Shown: positions 13,830 through 26,670 of the stretch, in pieces
Layout: each line of letters starts with the position of its first letter
Position numbering within the stretch: position 1 is the first letter of the stretch
Assembly: GCF_009914755.1 (NCBI RefSeq)
Contig: NC_060930.1
DNA: 64,000 nt
DNA from: the human T2T-CHM13v2.0 reference genome, Homo sapiens
Reading direction: 5' to 3' (one strand)
The notes under the pieces: model-generated
What the model was told of the DNA's origin: nothing
What the model saw: the letters and a program-made list of their open reading frames with translations, nothing else
Databases searched by the model: none
Translations under genes and position numbers: made by a program

Positions 13830-14050
13830 GGAGTATAGACGTTAAAAACAGAGGTTCTGGAAGAAATTTCCTAGATTTGGGTGTGGGCTTTTACAACTAC
13901 TGACTAGGTGATCTGGATCAAATTATTCTGTACTGAAGTTTTTCCATCAATAAAATCTCAATCACAATAATCCATACTTCATAACTTTCTTGTGAAGGCC
14001 AAATGAGTTAGTATGTAGAAATCACTCACACCAATGCCTAAAATGCCCAA
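13830..14050 (+). mobile_element. MIR
   Basis: Degenerate MIR core and 3' part (gtgaaggccaaatgagttagtatgtagaa). Confidence 0.6.
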
Positions 14051-14962
14051 CAGGATTATTTAATTGTATTCACCCTCAAAATTTTGCAGCAGTGTGGACC
14101 TTAGCAGTAGTTAATGTTTTATGAATTCATATGATTTTTAAACATAAATAACAAACAAATACACAAACATGAAACCACACAAGTAAGCCTCAGTGATCCT
14201 AAAACTGGAAAACATAGAATCTTATTCCTACCCATGTGTGTGAGCTATCTAACCTGCCTTAGTAAGATAAGTTAGATAGCTTTCAGTAAGCTATCTAACC
14301 TATCTTAGTAAAATAAGACAAAAATGTCCTTGTATTAGGGATGGTCTAAGGAGAAAGTTCAGTCATAAGTATAAAATGTTAGAAAATGGATTCGTCACTA
14401 TAGAACATGGAAATATTATTATCAACACCATTGTTACCTTGGTGGAAGAATGTAGAAATCTCTCACTCAAATAACAAGAAATCACTCATTTAATAGATTA
14501 CTTGTAACGCTATTTAAAAACCATGTATCTTTCAGTTGAAAGTACAGCACTGAGTCTGTCTTTATTGTATTCCCCCAACAAATCCAATGGAAATGACAAC
14601 TAAGTGTATTTGAGGAAATGCATTCATAGCAATTCTTAAAATGAGACAAAGTCATTGGTAACTCAGGGCTTTTGAAAATTTTCAGGAAGATAACAGATGA
14701 GATCAGAGTGACAATCTAAACATGAAACAAACACAGAGAGTGGCTAGATGGCATGTGAAAGTGCTCTCCCTGCTCAGCTATGGAAAGGCTCCAAACTCTG
14801 GATAAGAAGGCACTAGGCATTTGGGGTGGAAAATGGGGATATAATCATGATTATTAATCAAAGGATTAACTGCAGAAATACTGCCAAAGTCCTTGCCCTC
14901 CCCACCCCATGCATGCACGGAGTCATTTTTGCCCAAGTTAAAAAAAAAAAAAATCACCACAA

Positions 14963-15146
14963 AGCATGTTTCTCAAACTGTGGTTGGTTAACCACTTGTA
15001 TCAGAGTCACATGATGGTCTTATTAATAATTCAGATAGCTGATTTGATTGCAGATCTACTGAGTTGAAATTCTGGGAGCAGAACATTAGATTCTGTATTT
15101 CAAACAAATTTCTCAAGTTTTCTCCACTACATTTGGAGAACCATTG
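14963..15146. mobile_element. MER5A-type hAT-Charlie MITE
   Basis: Terminal inverted repeats gtttctcaaac / tttggagaaccattg; internal atcagagtcac, ctactgagttgaaattctggg. Confidence 0.7.
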
Positions 15147-15219
15147 TGCCAAAGAAATGGAACCACCAGACTTGGATGGCAAGGTTTCCACTAGAATGTG
15201 GTAAAAGCCTAGAATAAAA

Positions 15220-16110
15220 TTTTAATTCTGACCAAGGTGGAATGGGAAACAGAGTGACCATCCCACCTGAAAAAATAAAACATCCTACAGGTTTTTCCGA
15301 AATTGGACATCAGGCAGTGCAGCACAGTAATCACCAAGAGAAGGGAAACAGATGAGGGAAAGCCCACAGGTGCCTCAACTTCTGCCCAGCTTATTTGCTG
15401 CAGAACAGGGAGGCAGGTGGACCAACATGGGGCCAACGATCACCCTGAGAAGAGAAGAAAGTAGGGGGCTGGGGAGGTGAAAGTGACTGGAATTCATAGG
15501 CCAGATTGCAAGAGAGGGGAGAAAAAGAGACAGAGAAAGAGGTAGAGATGATAGAGATAGAGATAGAGATCGAGATCGAGACAGAGACACAGAGATAGAG
15601 ACAGAGATAGATATAGAGACAGAGATAGAGATAGAGATAGATAGAGATGAGAGAGAGCGAGGGAGATTTGCTCCAAGGGTTTCCCTCAATTCTTTAGCTG
15701 ACTACTCATCGGCAAATGTGTGCAAAGAAATTACCTAAGGTCAGAGAAAGAAGCATCTAAAAAGAGCAAAAGGAATGATTCCCGGAGCTCACATAGACCC
15801 AGGAAGAATTTTTTTGTTTGTTTTCCTACCAGGAAGGAAAACATAATTTATAGGGTGCTGGGGAGAGTATTCAGAAGTTTCTTGCCTCTGTAGCAAGAAA
15901 AATTAGCCCTAGACTAAAGTTGCTCTGGTCCCACCTAGCAAGGTTTATTAGTAAGCCTCAGAAGGATTAAATAATTTTCAAGTAGCTTAAGTGCATTCTA
16001 GAACAAAGTCAACATTTTTGTAATAATTAGAAATATTTATCACCCAGTAAATTAAAATTCAAAATGCCTGGCTTTCAGTCACAACTTCCCATGAATATGA
16101 AGACAAAGGA
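15220..16110 (+). mobile_element. Old L1M 5'UTR region
   Basis: attggacatcaggcagtgcagcacagtaatcaccaagagaagggaaac..., ccctagactaaagttgctctggtcccacc; typical of L1MC/MD 5' ends. Confidence 0.7.
15511..15660 (+). repeat. (AGAGAT/AGAGAC)n microsatellite
   Basis: Direct reading. Confidence 0.9.
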
Positions 16111-17360
16111 AAGTTACAGAGTCACTTCAATGAGCGAAGGGAGCATTTTTTCAATAGATGGTGCAGAACAATTTTACAAGCCATATGTTAAAATATGAAC
16201 CCCAACCCTTACCTCAAACCATATATAAAAATTAACCCTCAATAGGTCATTGTCCTAAAAATAATGACAAAAAGCTACATGATATTCAGAAGAAAACAGG
16301 AGGAAATTTTAGTGACCTTAAGTTTGACAAAGATTTCTTACACATGATGCAAACTGTTTAAAAAGTCAATATATTGGACTTCATCAAAATTAAATAATTT
16401 TGTTATTCATAGAACCCTGTTTTGAAAATTCAGAAAGCAAAGCCATCACCTAAGATAATATGTTTTGCTAATATATAGCCAAAAAGGAACTGTATCTAGA
16501 AAATACAAAAAACTTTATTATTCAACAATAAGACAAACAACCCAATTAAAATGGGCAAAAAATTTGAAGGGTGTTTCACTAAACAAGTTTATATATATAT
16601 GTATATTACCTGAAAAAGTGTTTAGCATCATTAGTTATTAGAGAAATGCAAATTCAAACCACAATAACATGCCACTGCACTCCCAGTAAATGGGTAAAAT
16701 CAAGAGGTTTGTCAATATTAAGTCTTGGTGAAGATGTGGAGCAACTGGTTCTCATATACTGCTGGTGACAGTGCACAATGATAAATCACTTTGGAATATG
16801 ATTTGGAAGTTCCTCAAAAAGTTAGATATTCACCTAGCATATGACCCAGCCATTCCTTTCACACACATTTAGTTTAGGGAAGAAAGCTTACATCCATACA
16901 AAAACTTACATTTGAATGTCCATGGTAGTTTTATTCATAATAAACAACAATTGAAAACAACTAAAATATCCATTGGTGAGAGAATGGATAAACAAATTAT
17001 GATGTATCCACACAGTGGAATACTACTCAGCAAAAAAGGATGGATTATTGATCAACGCAACAACATGGGTGAATCTCACCATAATTATTTTGAGTAAAAC
17101 GAGCAAGACAAAAAATGTACAAACTGTGTGATTCCACTTATAGAAAATGATAGAAAATGTAACTAATTTGTGGTGTCAGAAATCATATCAATAATTGTCT
17201 GGGACTGGGGTAGGCACAAGATGGAGAAATCCATAGGGGCATGAGAAAACTCTTGAAATTAATAGATATCTTCATTACCTTGATTGTGGGAATAGTTTCT
17301 TCTGTGTATTCATATGTTAAAACTCATAAAATCTTCACTTACATAATTTTCATTCATGTT
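16111..17360 (+). mobile_element. Old L1M ORF2 3' end and 3'UTR
   Basis: caatagatggtgc, tggacttcatcaaaatt, agagaaatgcaaattcaaaccaca, catatgacccagccattcc, gtggaatactactcagc. Confidence 0.85.
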
Positions 17361-17364
17361 GAAT

Positions 17365-18853
17365 GGACAATATTACATATTTATGGCTTTTTCCTGAGTT
17401 CCCCCACCCTCTATCACAATATGGTATAAATGGATCTGCACTATGTACGTTGCTAAGCTCACCAGCTCATCAGTATAGGTGATCAAGAAGTAGCATGTGT
17501 GTTGGTAAAACATGTGTGCTCCTGGAAGTGTGGAATAAACCCTACGAATATACAAGAGTCTACCACGTCAGTAAGGTTTTTAGGGATTCAGTTGTCTGGG
17601 ACATGCCAATTATCTTCTTCAAAGTTATGGAAAAATAACTCTCACTCCTTTCACCATTAACAAAGAAATATAGCACTAGGCAGGCCTCCTAAGTTGTGGA
17701 GGCAACATATTTCACCCTTTCAATGACCACTTCAATTAATTTGCCAATGATATAACAGAGATGACTTCCATCTTGGATGGATCCTAGGGCAAGAAAGGGC
17801 TTGTCAGCAGATCCAGGCTGTTGTGCAAAGTGCCGTGCTGTTTGGCTAATTCAGTGCAGTAAAGTTTGTGCTATTACATGTAACTTAAATGGGGAAAAAT
17901 GCCATTTGGGTTTATGGCAAGTTCCAGTAGAAGAATTACAGTGTAGCAATGTAGATCTCTTAGTTCTGGAGGGAAAAAAAGTCTTCTTATCAGGAGCAGA
18001 GAACTATATATATTATTTAAAAGTCAGCTTCTGTGTGGTACTGGGCCCTGGGAGCAACTGAGTTTCTGACCATGGGATGTCAAATACCCATGAAATCAGA
18101 GCTATTCTCCAGTCTACTAAATCACAAGGGGCAGCACACCCAGCAGCAATCCATTTTAAGATAGGGCACATCCGGGATTGGGCAGAAGCAGAACCAGAGT
18201 AAACAGCATAGGCAGGTGGTGCAGATGCCCTGCGACTGCAGACTGCAGTGGCCTCTACCTCAGCTCACACCTAAGGGTACATAGAGAACCTTTGCTTGAC
18301 TCCTGGATGGGTCATCTTATAATGCTTACATTAGGGCACACAGGAAGAGTCCTGCCAAACTTTAAGCTATGACTGCTCTCTGGTCACTTCAACCTCCTCA
18401 AACTAAAAGACCAGCAGATGAAGAAAAGGGTTACTATACTCACAGAGATCATTGACACTGATTGTCAGGAAAAGACGGGACTTTTACTTCACAATAAGAA
18501 CAGGATCAGGTGCTGCATTGAATCTCCATTGATACTTCATTTTAATATTGAATGAAAACATTCAATAGCTACAGACTGAGACTGGCAATAAAAAGGGGCT
18601 CAAACCTTCTATAGCAACAGTGGTGCCAGGAAAGAGTGAGTAAAATGTAGAATGGGTGGTGAAGGAAGAGGGTGATTCTCCCTTATGACCTTAAGGAACA
18701 TCAACTGCAGTAGTGGAGGCTGCAGTTGTCTCACCAACATTTCTCTTGCAAAATCTGGGGATATGAGAGTCATCAGTATCCTGTGGAATCTGTCCTCTGA
18801 TGTAAGGAACTCACTATAAAAAGCAAGGATAGGTGAGAGACAGAAGTGGTTGA
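17365..18853 (+). mobile_element. ERVL internal region (ERV3-16A3-like), decayed pol RT/RNase H and 3' part
   Basis: Degenerate ERVL RT motifs (SPTLYHNMV; INPTNIQESTTSVRFLGIQLSGTC; WRQHI), directly followed by an LTR16. Confidence 0.75.
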
Positions 18854-19287
18854 CCTAGTGGATACTGTGGTGTCATAACTAGATCCCTTCTTCAGCGCAG
18901 ACATACCTATCCCCCAAACACTTATAATATCGGGGACTGGTGGCTAACTACTGAGTGTTCACCGGAAAATTTCCAAGGGAAATGTCTTGCCCGAGATAAC
19001 ACCTACTCCTGAGGGCAGCCATTGGCTAATGAATGACTATTTCGTATAAACAAGGTCCTCTCCTCTTGCATCAGTTTGGAACAACTCTGAAGAGCCACAG
19101 TTCTAGTCTTCCCGTAGGATCAGCCAAAGTCTCATTTGCCACTGGATTGTGAGCCAGCCCCTGTCTAAATGCAGCCATGCTCAGTTTCTCCCACCTGTAT
19201 CCCCTGAGACGATTCCCCAAAGAACTGTCTGCATCTAACAGAGTTGGAGTTGGAAAAGTCTTTTTCCAAGGATCCCAATTCAAGACC
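18854..19287 (+). mobile_element. LTR16-type ERVL 3' LTR
   Basis: tagtggatactgtggtg..agatccc...gggcagccattggctaatga...gaacaactctgaagagcca...ccaattcaagac. Confidence 0.75.
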
Positions 19288-20403
19288 TGCCTGTGCCTTT
19301 TAAAATTAATTTGTCTCCTTTCCACATACACACAGTTCATCAATAATCAGTTTCCCAAATCAGGAAGGAGTGGTACTGGAAAAACAGGAAAGTGGGTCAT
19401 GTGACAGAAACAAAACTGGCCTGAGCTACCAATATTCATTTGCAATATTCAACCAAGGACTTCATTCAAAAACATTATTGATACTCAAAGACTACTAGAC
19501 TTTTGAAGGAATGCACCAGCACAATAAAAAGACCAAAATGAATAAACAGAATAATTACTCCTCCAGGAAAGAGAGCTAACTGGGCAAGAGAAGAGGAGGC
19601 TAAACATTTTAATTGGTATTCTTGATCTAACTGTCTTTCTCCCAATTACCACTGATGTTGAGTAGCTTTTTATATTCTTATAGGCAATTTGTGTGTTGTC
19701 TGCGACTTCCTTATATATACTGTTGAATAACATGTTGGCTATGCCATCCATATCTAATTAAGCCAAAGACGGTTTTGCTTGTTTGTTTTTGTCCTTGTTT
19801 TTTTTTTTCTTATTTAACTTCATAGCTCACTTGAATTCTTCCTCTCTCTTTCTGCTGTCTTGAACCAAAGTTCGTTTTTCTAAGGACTGAGTTCTTTGTG
19901 TCATCATAATATAGGAGTCATTTTTGACTAGTTTTGATGGGAAGAGTGGCTTCTGTGTTTGAGCATCAACTAAGAACAGTTTCCCAATGGGCAGAAACAC
20001 TAATTCAGGACTCTCTCACTGTAGTTCTATTAAATGTCCTCTCCTGCCTCTTCTATTTGAGGGCCTTAGTAAATAACCATTATCGATATTAGTGTATATG
20101 CTTCCCACGCCCTAATACATTCTTCGCTAGATACACTTGAGCGCATAAGTGGTGTTGAGAGTTTGTGTAGGAGACAGGAGAGGCATTTGTGTATAGTGCA
20201 TAGGCCCTGGATTGTTAGGCAATGTAGAAGTAGTCATTTGGGTACAAACAATGCACAAAATAGTGGTAACGATGAAATATTTTAGATCCAGTTCCGAACT
20301 AGGTAATAAGAAAAAAAATTAGTATCTCTAGAAAAGATGGTGTCTTACAGTGCACCTAATCTATATTTTTTATTCAGTATTACTGGAGAGGCCATTCATA
20401 AAA

Positions 20404-20610
20404 TGCAGTGATGAAGAGGGCAGTCTCTGCAGGCTGTTTGTCTATGTTTGAATCCCAGCTTTGTCCTTTGAGGAAAATCACTTCACTTAACAGAACCTCA
20501 GTTCCTCGGTCTATGAGTAGCTACCTACTTCCTGGGGTAGAAGTTTGGATTAAATTTATAATACCCAGAACACAGAAGCCACTATGTAAGGGTATATGAT
20601 TGTTATTTTC
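20404..20610 (+). mobile_element. MIR
   Basis: tttgaatcccagcttt...cacttaacagaacctcagttcctc. Confidence 0.65.
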
Positions 20611-20796
20611 TTTAATATTGCTAGCAAAGACTCAGATAGACTAATATTAATAAATCAGTTTTGAAAGCCATTTAGAATAATGTTTAATTTTGTTGTAAAT
20701 TAAAGGGAGTGTTTTAAAATTACTAATGGTAAACTTCATGGAAATATCATTTGGTTTTATTTATTCTGTGAGTATAAAAAATGTTTTAAAAGTCTA

Positions 20797-21147
<351 letters not shown>

Positions 21148-21186
21148 TTTGCAAACTGCATCATTCCAATTGTTATAGATAGTTAA

Positions 21187-21543
<357 letters not shown>

Positions 21544-21778
21544 TAGGTGGACATTGTATTAAACTGGTTAATATTGTCTTAATCCTTTAAGGTTTACTGC
21601 AGAATAGCACAACAGAGATATGTTTTTTTCTATGTTTAATAGACCATTTTAAAACAAATTTTAAATATGACTCAATGCTTGTGTTAGGTTAGATTTAAAA
21701 CAAAGTCTAGATTTCAAGCTGTAGTTGTAACTATACTATTTTACCTAGTGAATTATTCCATGCTCTTTGTTTCACTTG

Positions 21779-21936
21779 TGAGAATTGTTTGAAGTGTTGC
21801 TTTGAATGTATATATGTTTCCTCATCTATACTAACACACTATATAAAGTGGTTCCTTATGAGAATGGTTTGCAGTGCTGCTTTGAATGTATGTCGTGTAC
21901 ACTCTTCTATACTAACACACTATAAAGTAGTTCCTT
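21779..21936 (+). repeat. Two-copy ~80 bp tandem duplication
   Basis: tgagaat..tttg.agtg.tgctttgaatgtat...tctatactaacacactat..aaagt.gttcctt occurs twice. Confidence 0.9.
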
Positions 21937-23499
21937 GGGACATACATCTCCATTCACTTCTCATGAAGCGTTGTTGAAGCAAAATTCAAAGGTGGTAAAC
22001 TGGCTATTACAGACAACTGCATTCATAAAAATTTGAAATAATTGGAGGAAAACAACCTTTTCAATAAACCTAACCCTTTTCTCCTCTGGTTTCTGTTTTC
22101 TCTTCACTTTTCAATAAGCCCTTCTTACCAAGAGCTGCTCTTGGAAATGAAACTTCCCAAACTTCTACACATTGAGTTGTTTTAATCTTTACCTCAAAGA
22201 CCACCTTGGCCACATGTCCTTTCCTTAATCATTACTACTTCTTGAGTCTTATATCAAACTCACCATCAGCTGGTGAACAAAGGAGGAAAATTTTGGTAGA
22301 TCCTCAGGGTTGAGTCAGGAACTCATTATTAGCATTATGCTGAAAAAAAAAAAAGGTGACATTAACATAGCCTTATTTATATTGATAAAGCCTTGAATAA
22401 GAGTAAAATTGAGATACTTTTGCTGTGATAGCCAACTGAGCCTAGGGGCTAATGGAAAAAAAAGGTGAAGCTAGAGGAATGATGATAATTGTTTTCCTTG
22501 ACAGCTTTGTATTAAGACATTTTCCTATAGGAGATAGTGTCTCTATCTGCCACTAGCACTGCCTACTTGATTGCTCTCCCTCTGCTCTCTGATTCCAAAG
22601 GGATTACAGTCATCGACAATATCACTTATGTTGCCTATTCCAGTGTCTATGTGGATTAAGATATCAGTGCAGATAATGCCTATAGTTCTTTTTTTATCTC
22701 ACCTAAGTAGCCGGTCAGCCAAAGTGGCTTAGTCTTGTGATAGCCTGGTCAGTGGATCGACTCTCTTTCTCTCTCCCTTGATGTCTTTATTAGATGTGGC
22801 CAATCAGAGGCTTTTAATAATATCCCAAGAATTATATGTGGGTTTTAGTGGGAAGTAAAGACTCCACTTAAGCTTCTGGTTCAGAGTGCATATGAAAATT
22901 ATAGTTCCAGATATTATTCCAGCTAATGATATCTTTGTGTTCTGATTTCGACTTATATTGCTTGAATAATACATTCTTCAGGAAACCCATTGGAATGACT
23001 GTTGATAAGAGAATTGGGCATTCCTCTGTTTATGCTCTTTCAGATAATGAAAATAATTAACCTTATATTTCTAAGACTTTATACAAGTTTTTAAGTATGA
23101 AAATGTCTGGAATTATATCAAAAACCTTTGGTTAATGTATGTCAAATTTTATGTTTCTGTTTAAATATATGTGTGGTTGGTGATTGTGTTATTCCTTGAG
23201 GCCAGAAATGTTCATCAGTGTCTTTGTAGGAAGTAAAAGCAACCCTGCCATATGCATATATTTAGTTTCAATAGGAGAAGGAAATAATGTCTCAGTAGAA
23301 TAAAATTATATTCCATGTCTTTCAGATAACCCGTAAGGCTAATTATGAAAAGAGAGCCTAGTTATGCAAGCCACTAAATGCACTTTCAAAATAGCAGAAA
23401 AGTTATTACTTATTTAAATATTGTGATTAATGTATAAATTAAATATAAACAAAGGGAATGTTTATTACCAGTAGTAGGGCAGTAGAGTACAGATTCAAT

Positions 23500-23740
23500 A
23501 AGTAATGATTGAAAGTACAGATTCTGAAGCTAGATTGCCTGTGTTCTCATTCCAGAGTTTTCACGTATTAGATGACTAACCCTGGGCACCTTTTTAAATT
23601 TATTTTTATTTTCACTTATTTGTCCTTCAATTCTGTCACTTGTACAATGGGGATAATAAAACTACCTATATTACAATGTTGTTTTTAGGATTCAATGATT
23701 TAACATATCAAAGTTCTTAGAACAATACCAGGGTCATATT
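23500..23740 (+). mobile_element. MIR
   Basis: gattctgaagctagattgcctg...tgtacaatggggataataaaactacct...ggattcaatgatttaacatat. Confidence 0.75.
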
Positions 23741-23745
23741 AACTT

Positions 23746-24140
23746 TGTTAAATTAAATTTGGCCTGAGACTGCCTCTGTACTTTTGAGTTTCCACTTAAT
23801 AAACTGCATCCTAACCTAGCATGCAAACAAACCAAAACCTGGATAAGGAGTATATTTTTTGTTAGAGATAGCCAGATCTCAGCCAATCACAAGCAGCTGA
23901 GCTTCAGCCAATTATAGGCAACCAGCTGATCAGATGATGTCCAAATAAGGCAAATGCCTCACTGTAACCAGTCAAGCTATTCTGTACTTTACTTCTGTGT
24001 TCTGTCTATAAATATTCTCCATGTTTCAGAGTGGAGCTCTCTAAACTTCCTTTGGTTCTGAGTGCTGCTCAATTCGTGAATTGTTCTTTGCTCAAGTAAA
24101 CTCTGTTAAATATATTTTGTCTAAAGTTTTTGTTTTAACA
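23746..24140 (+). mobile_element. MER57-type ERV1 solo LTR
   Basis: TGTTAAATTAAATTTGGCCT...TTTTAACA termini and a perfect 4-bp TSD ACTT. CCAAT boxes at ~23883 and ~23908; TATAAAT at 24007. Confidence 0.85.
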
Positions 24141-24549
24141 ACTTTAAATGAACTTAAGAAAATATCTTCTTGTTATTAATTCCATACCTAAAAGAGACCC
24201 TTTTGTTGATGATTACCCTATTTTTACATAAAAATATAATAGAATAAATGAAAATTGAGAATTATAATTCTGGAACTAGACTGAGAAGAAAAAGATGACT
24301 CTCATGTGGCTATTGTAAAAAGAAAAAAATCACCGACTGATCACACAGCAAGACTTTTTCAAAAATTAAACTACTTATTTTTTAAAAACTTTGAATTATT
24401 TTTAAAATACACAGTCATTTACTGTTCACTATAACTTTTAATAGAAAGTGAGAAAGTGATAGAGCAACGATGAAAATTTATTCTTAATGCCAATGTACAG
24501 TTGACTACAGCTTATTCTCCCCTGGGCATTCTAATATATTTTGTGATAA

Positions 24550-25330
24550 GTATGGTATCATACAATAAGCAGATTCTGTGAAAAGCTATTTTCATCATTT
24601 AGCAACATACTTTTCTCATTTTCTGTATTAATAAGCACTGACCCTCAGTGTAATTTGCAGTAGCTACATGCTATTATATCACATGTCTGTTTACTGTATT
24701 TCAAATAATAGCAAGTAAAATATCTTCCTTTTGTTTTTGTTATTAGAAAGAGTTTTTTGAAGAACATACTTAACCTATGCCTTTGCACTCTCATTAGATG
24801 ATTTCTTTAGGGTACATTTCTAAAAATGGACATGCAGAGTATATCTATTTTAAAGCACTTAATATGAGTTGCCAAATTGTTGTCTATTTAAATTTGCATA
24901 TTTCCATCAGCAGTTATTTGAGAATGTGTGTCCAATGTGCACCTGTGACAGCTTTGGATATTATTATTCTTTTTTATATTTGCTAAATAAAATGTCATTG
25001 TCTCTTTGATGACAGAGTATATTTTAGTTTTGCTGTCTTTAATTTCTTATATTGTAAATTTCTAACATAGTGTGGATTTTTCCCTTAAAATGTTTAAAAA
25101 TTTCTATGGTTTTTAGGAGGTTTTCCAAGAGAAACAGCATCATCTTTTCATTTGTTGTTTATATTGCAATTTTTTTCATTCCTGTTACTTAAACGTTTTC
25201 GTTTTTAAGTACATTTTAAATCTTCCAGTTAATCTATTACTTGTACTTTAAAATTTTAGGTTTCATTCTCAAGTTAAAATATTTCTCCACTCAGCAAATG
25301 TTGCTACAATTTATTGCATATACCTAGATG
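24550..25330 (-). mobile_element. Very old L1ME fragments
   Basis: gatttctttagggtacatttctaaaaatgga..., ttgccaaattg..aatttgcatatttccatcagcag. Confidence 0.5.
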
Positions 25331-25564
25331 TACACGCACACTCACACACACATTCTCTATATTAGATGTTAAACCTACTTACAAATCTGGAAAAAATGCT
25401 ACTCAGTTTGATAAAACACCTTTTTAATATACTGCTGGATTTTGTGTATTATTGTTATTTCTCTATTATTATTGTGTCAATGGTTTGTGCATCTCTGATT
25501 TGTGCAATAATTGAGCATCTTAGATTGGCATAAAATTTACTTATGGTACTTTCAGCACCTTTAG

Positions 25565-25752
25565 GCTGAAGGTGGGTTGAAAGTCACTGCAGAGTGGCAG
25601 AAGTGAACTTTTTGGAGTGATGTAGGTGTTCTATATATTGAGGAGATAATCATTGTATGGTGTGTTAATTTGCCAGAAGTGATTGTCCTGTACATTTTAA
25701 ATTGGTACATTTTACTATATATAATTCTTCAATATAATTAGTTTTAAAAAAT
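25565..25752 (+). mobile_element. L1ME 3'UTR end
   Basis: gaactttttggagtgatgtaggtgttctatatattg...ctgtacattttaaattggtacatttt. Confidence 0.65.
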
Positions 25753-26374
25753 CCAAATAGAAAACATACCACTGTTTGTGACAGTAGGTAAGCAATACTG
25801 AAAATTCAGAAATCTTTAAATGATTATCTAGTTTTGGCATCAATGTAATACTGATCTTTTATAATGAGTTGGGGAATTTTTCCAATTTTATCACATTTTA
25901 AATGCTGATTAGAGGAATTCAGATATTCAAAAGTTGATACTGAAAGGACAATTGATAACGTGATACCCTGTTTATTGAAATTATTTACATAGTAGCAAAA
26001 TTATCCTTTCTTTGGAATAAGAAGAAAAGAAAAATGAATGAGATAGAAAAGAATATTTTGTGTACAAAACTAAGAATATTTCAATACAGTGGTTTCTGCC
26101 TGACTTCCTCTGTGCAGGAGCAATATTACTGCAGAGTCCTGCAGGTATGCTGAGATTGTTGTATTAGATTAAATACTTGAAATCGGTCCACTGGACATTC
26201 AGATAGAGAGTTTTTAGGGATAGAAAAGAGGCTGATTGCGTACTGTTGAGGCCCAGTTGACATGGGACACTTTGGGCCTCTTCTTTTATAATAAGACTTT
26301 AAAGTGCTTTTCCTTCCCTGCACTTTATACCTGGATAGATTGAGATAATCTTGGCTATTAAAAGTGGTAATATT

Positions 26375-26670
26375 GGCTGGGCAAGGTGACTCATGCCTGT
26401 AATCACAGTACTTTGGCAGGCTGAGGCAGGCGGATCTCTTGAGGTCAGGAATTTGAGGCCAGCCTGGCCAACATGGTGAAACCTGTCTGTACTAAAAATA
26501 TGAAAATTAATTGGTCATGGTGGTGCATGCGTGTAATCTCAGCTACTTCGGAGGCTGAGGTGGGAGAATCACTCGAACCGGAAGGCAGAGGTTTCAGTTA
26601 GCCAAGACTGCACCACTGCACTCCAGCCTGGGTGACAGAATGAGACTCCATCTCAAAAAATAAAAATAAA
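26375..26670 (+). mobile_element. AluS
   Basis: Full dimer; TSD-like AAAAGTGGTAATATT / AAAAGTGATATT. Confidence 0.93.

Noticed and set aside
21779-21936. CRISPR-like repeat array
   Set aside because: Only two adjacent units, no spacers, and a eukaryotic context.
22560-22900. Possible promoter (CCAAT box near 22800) in unique DNA
   Set aside because: A single short motif with no CpG island or downstream exon; cannot be supported without data.
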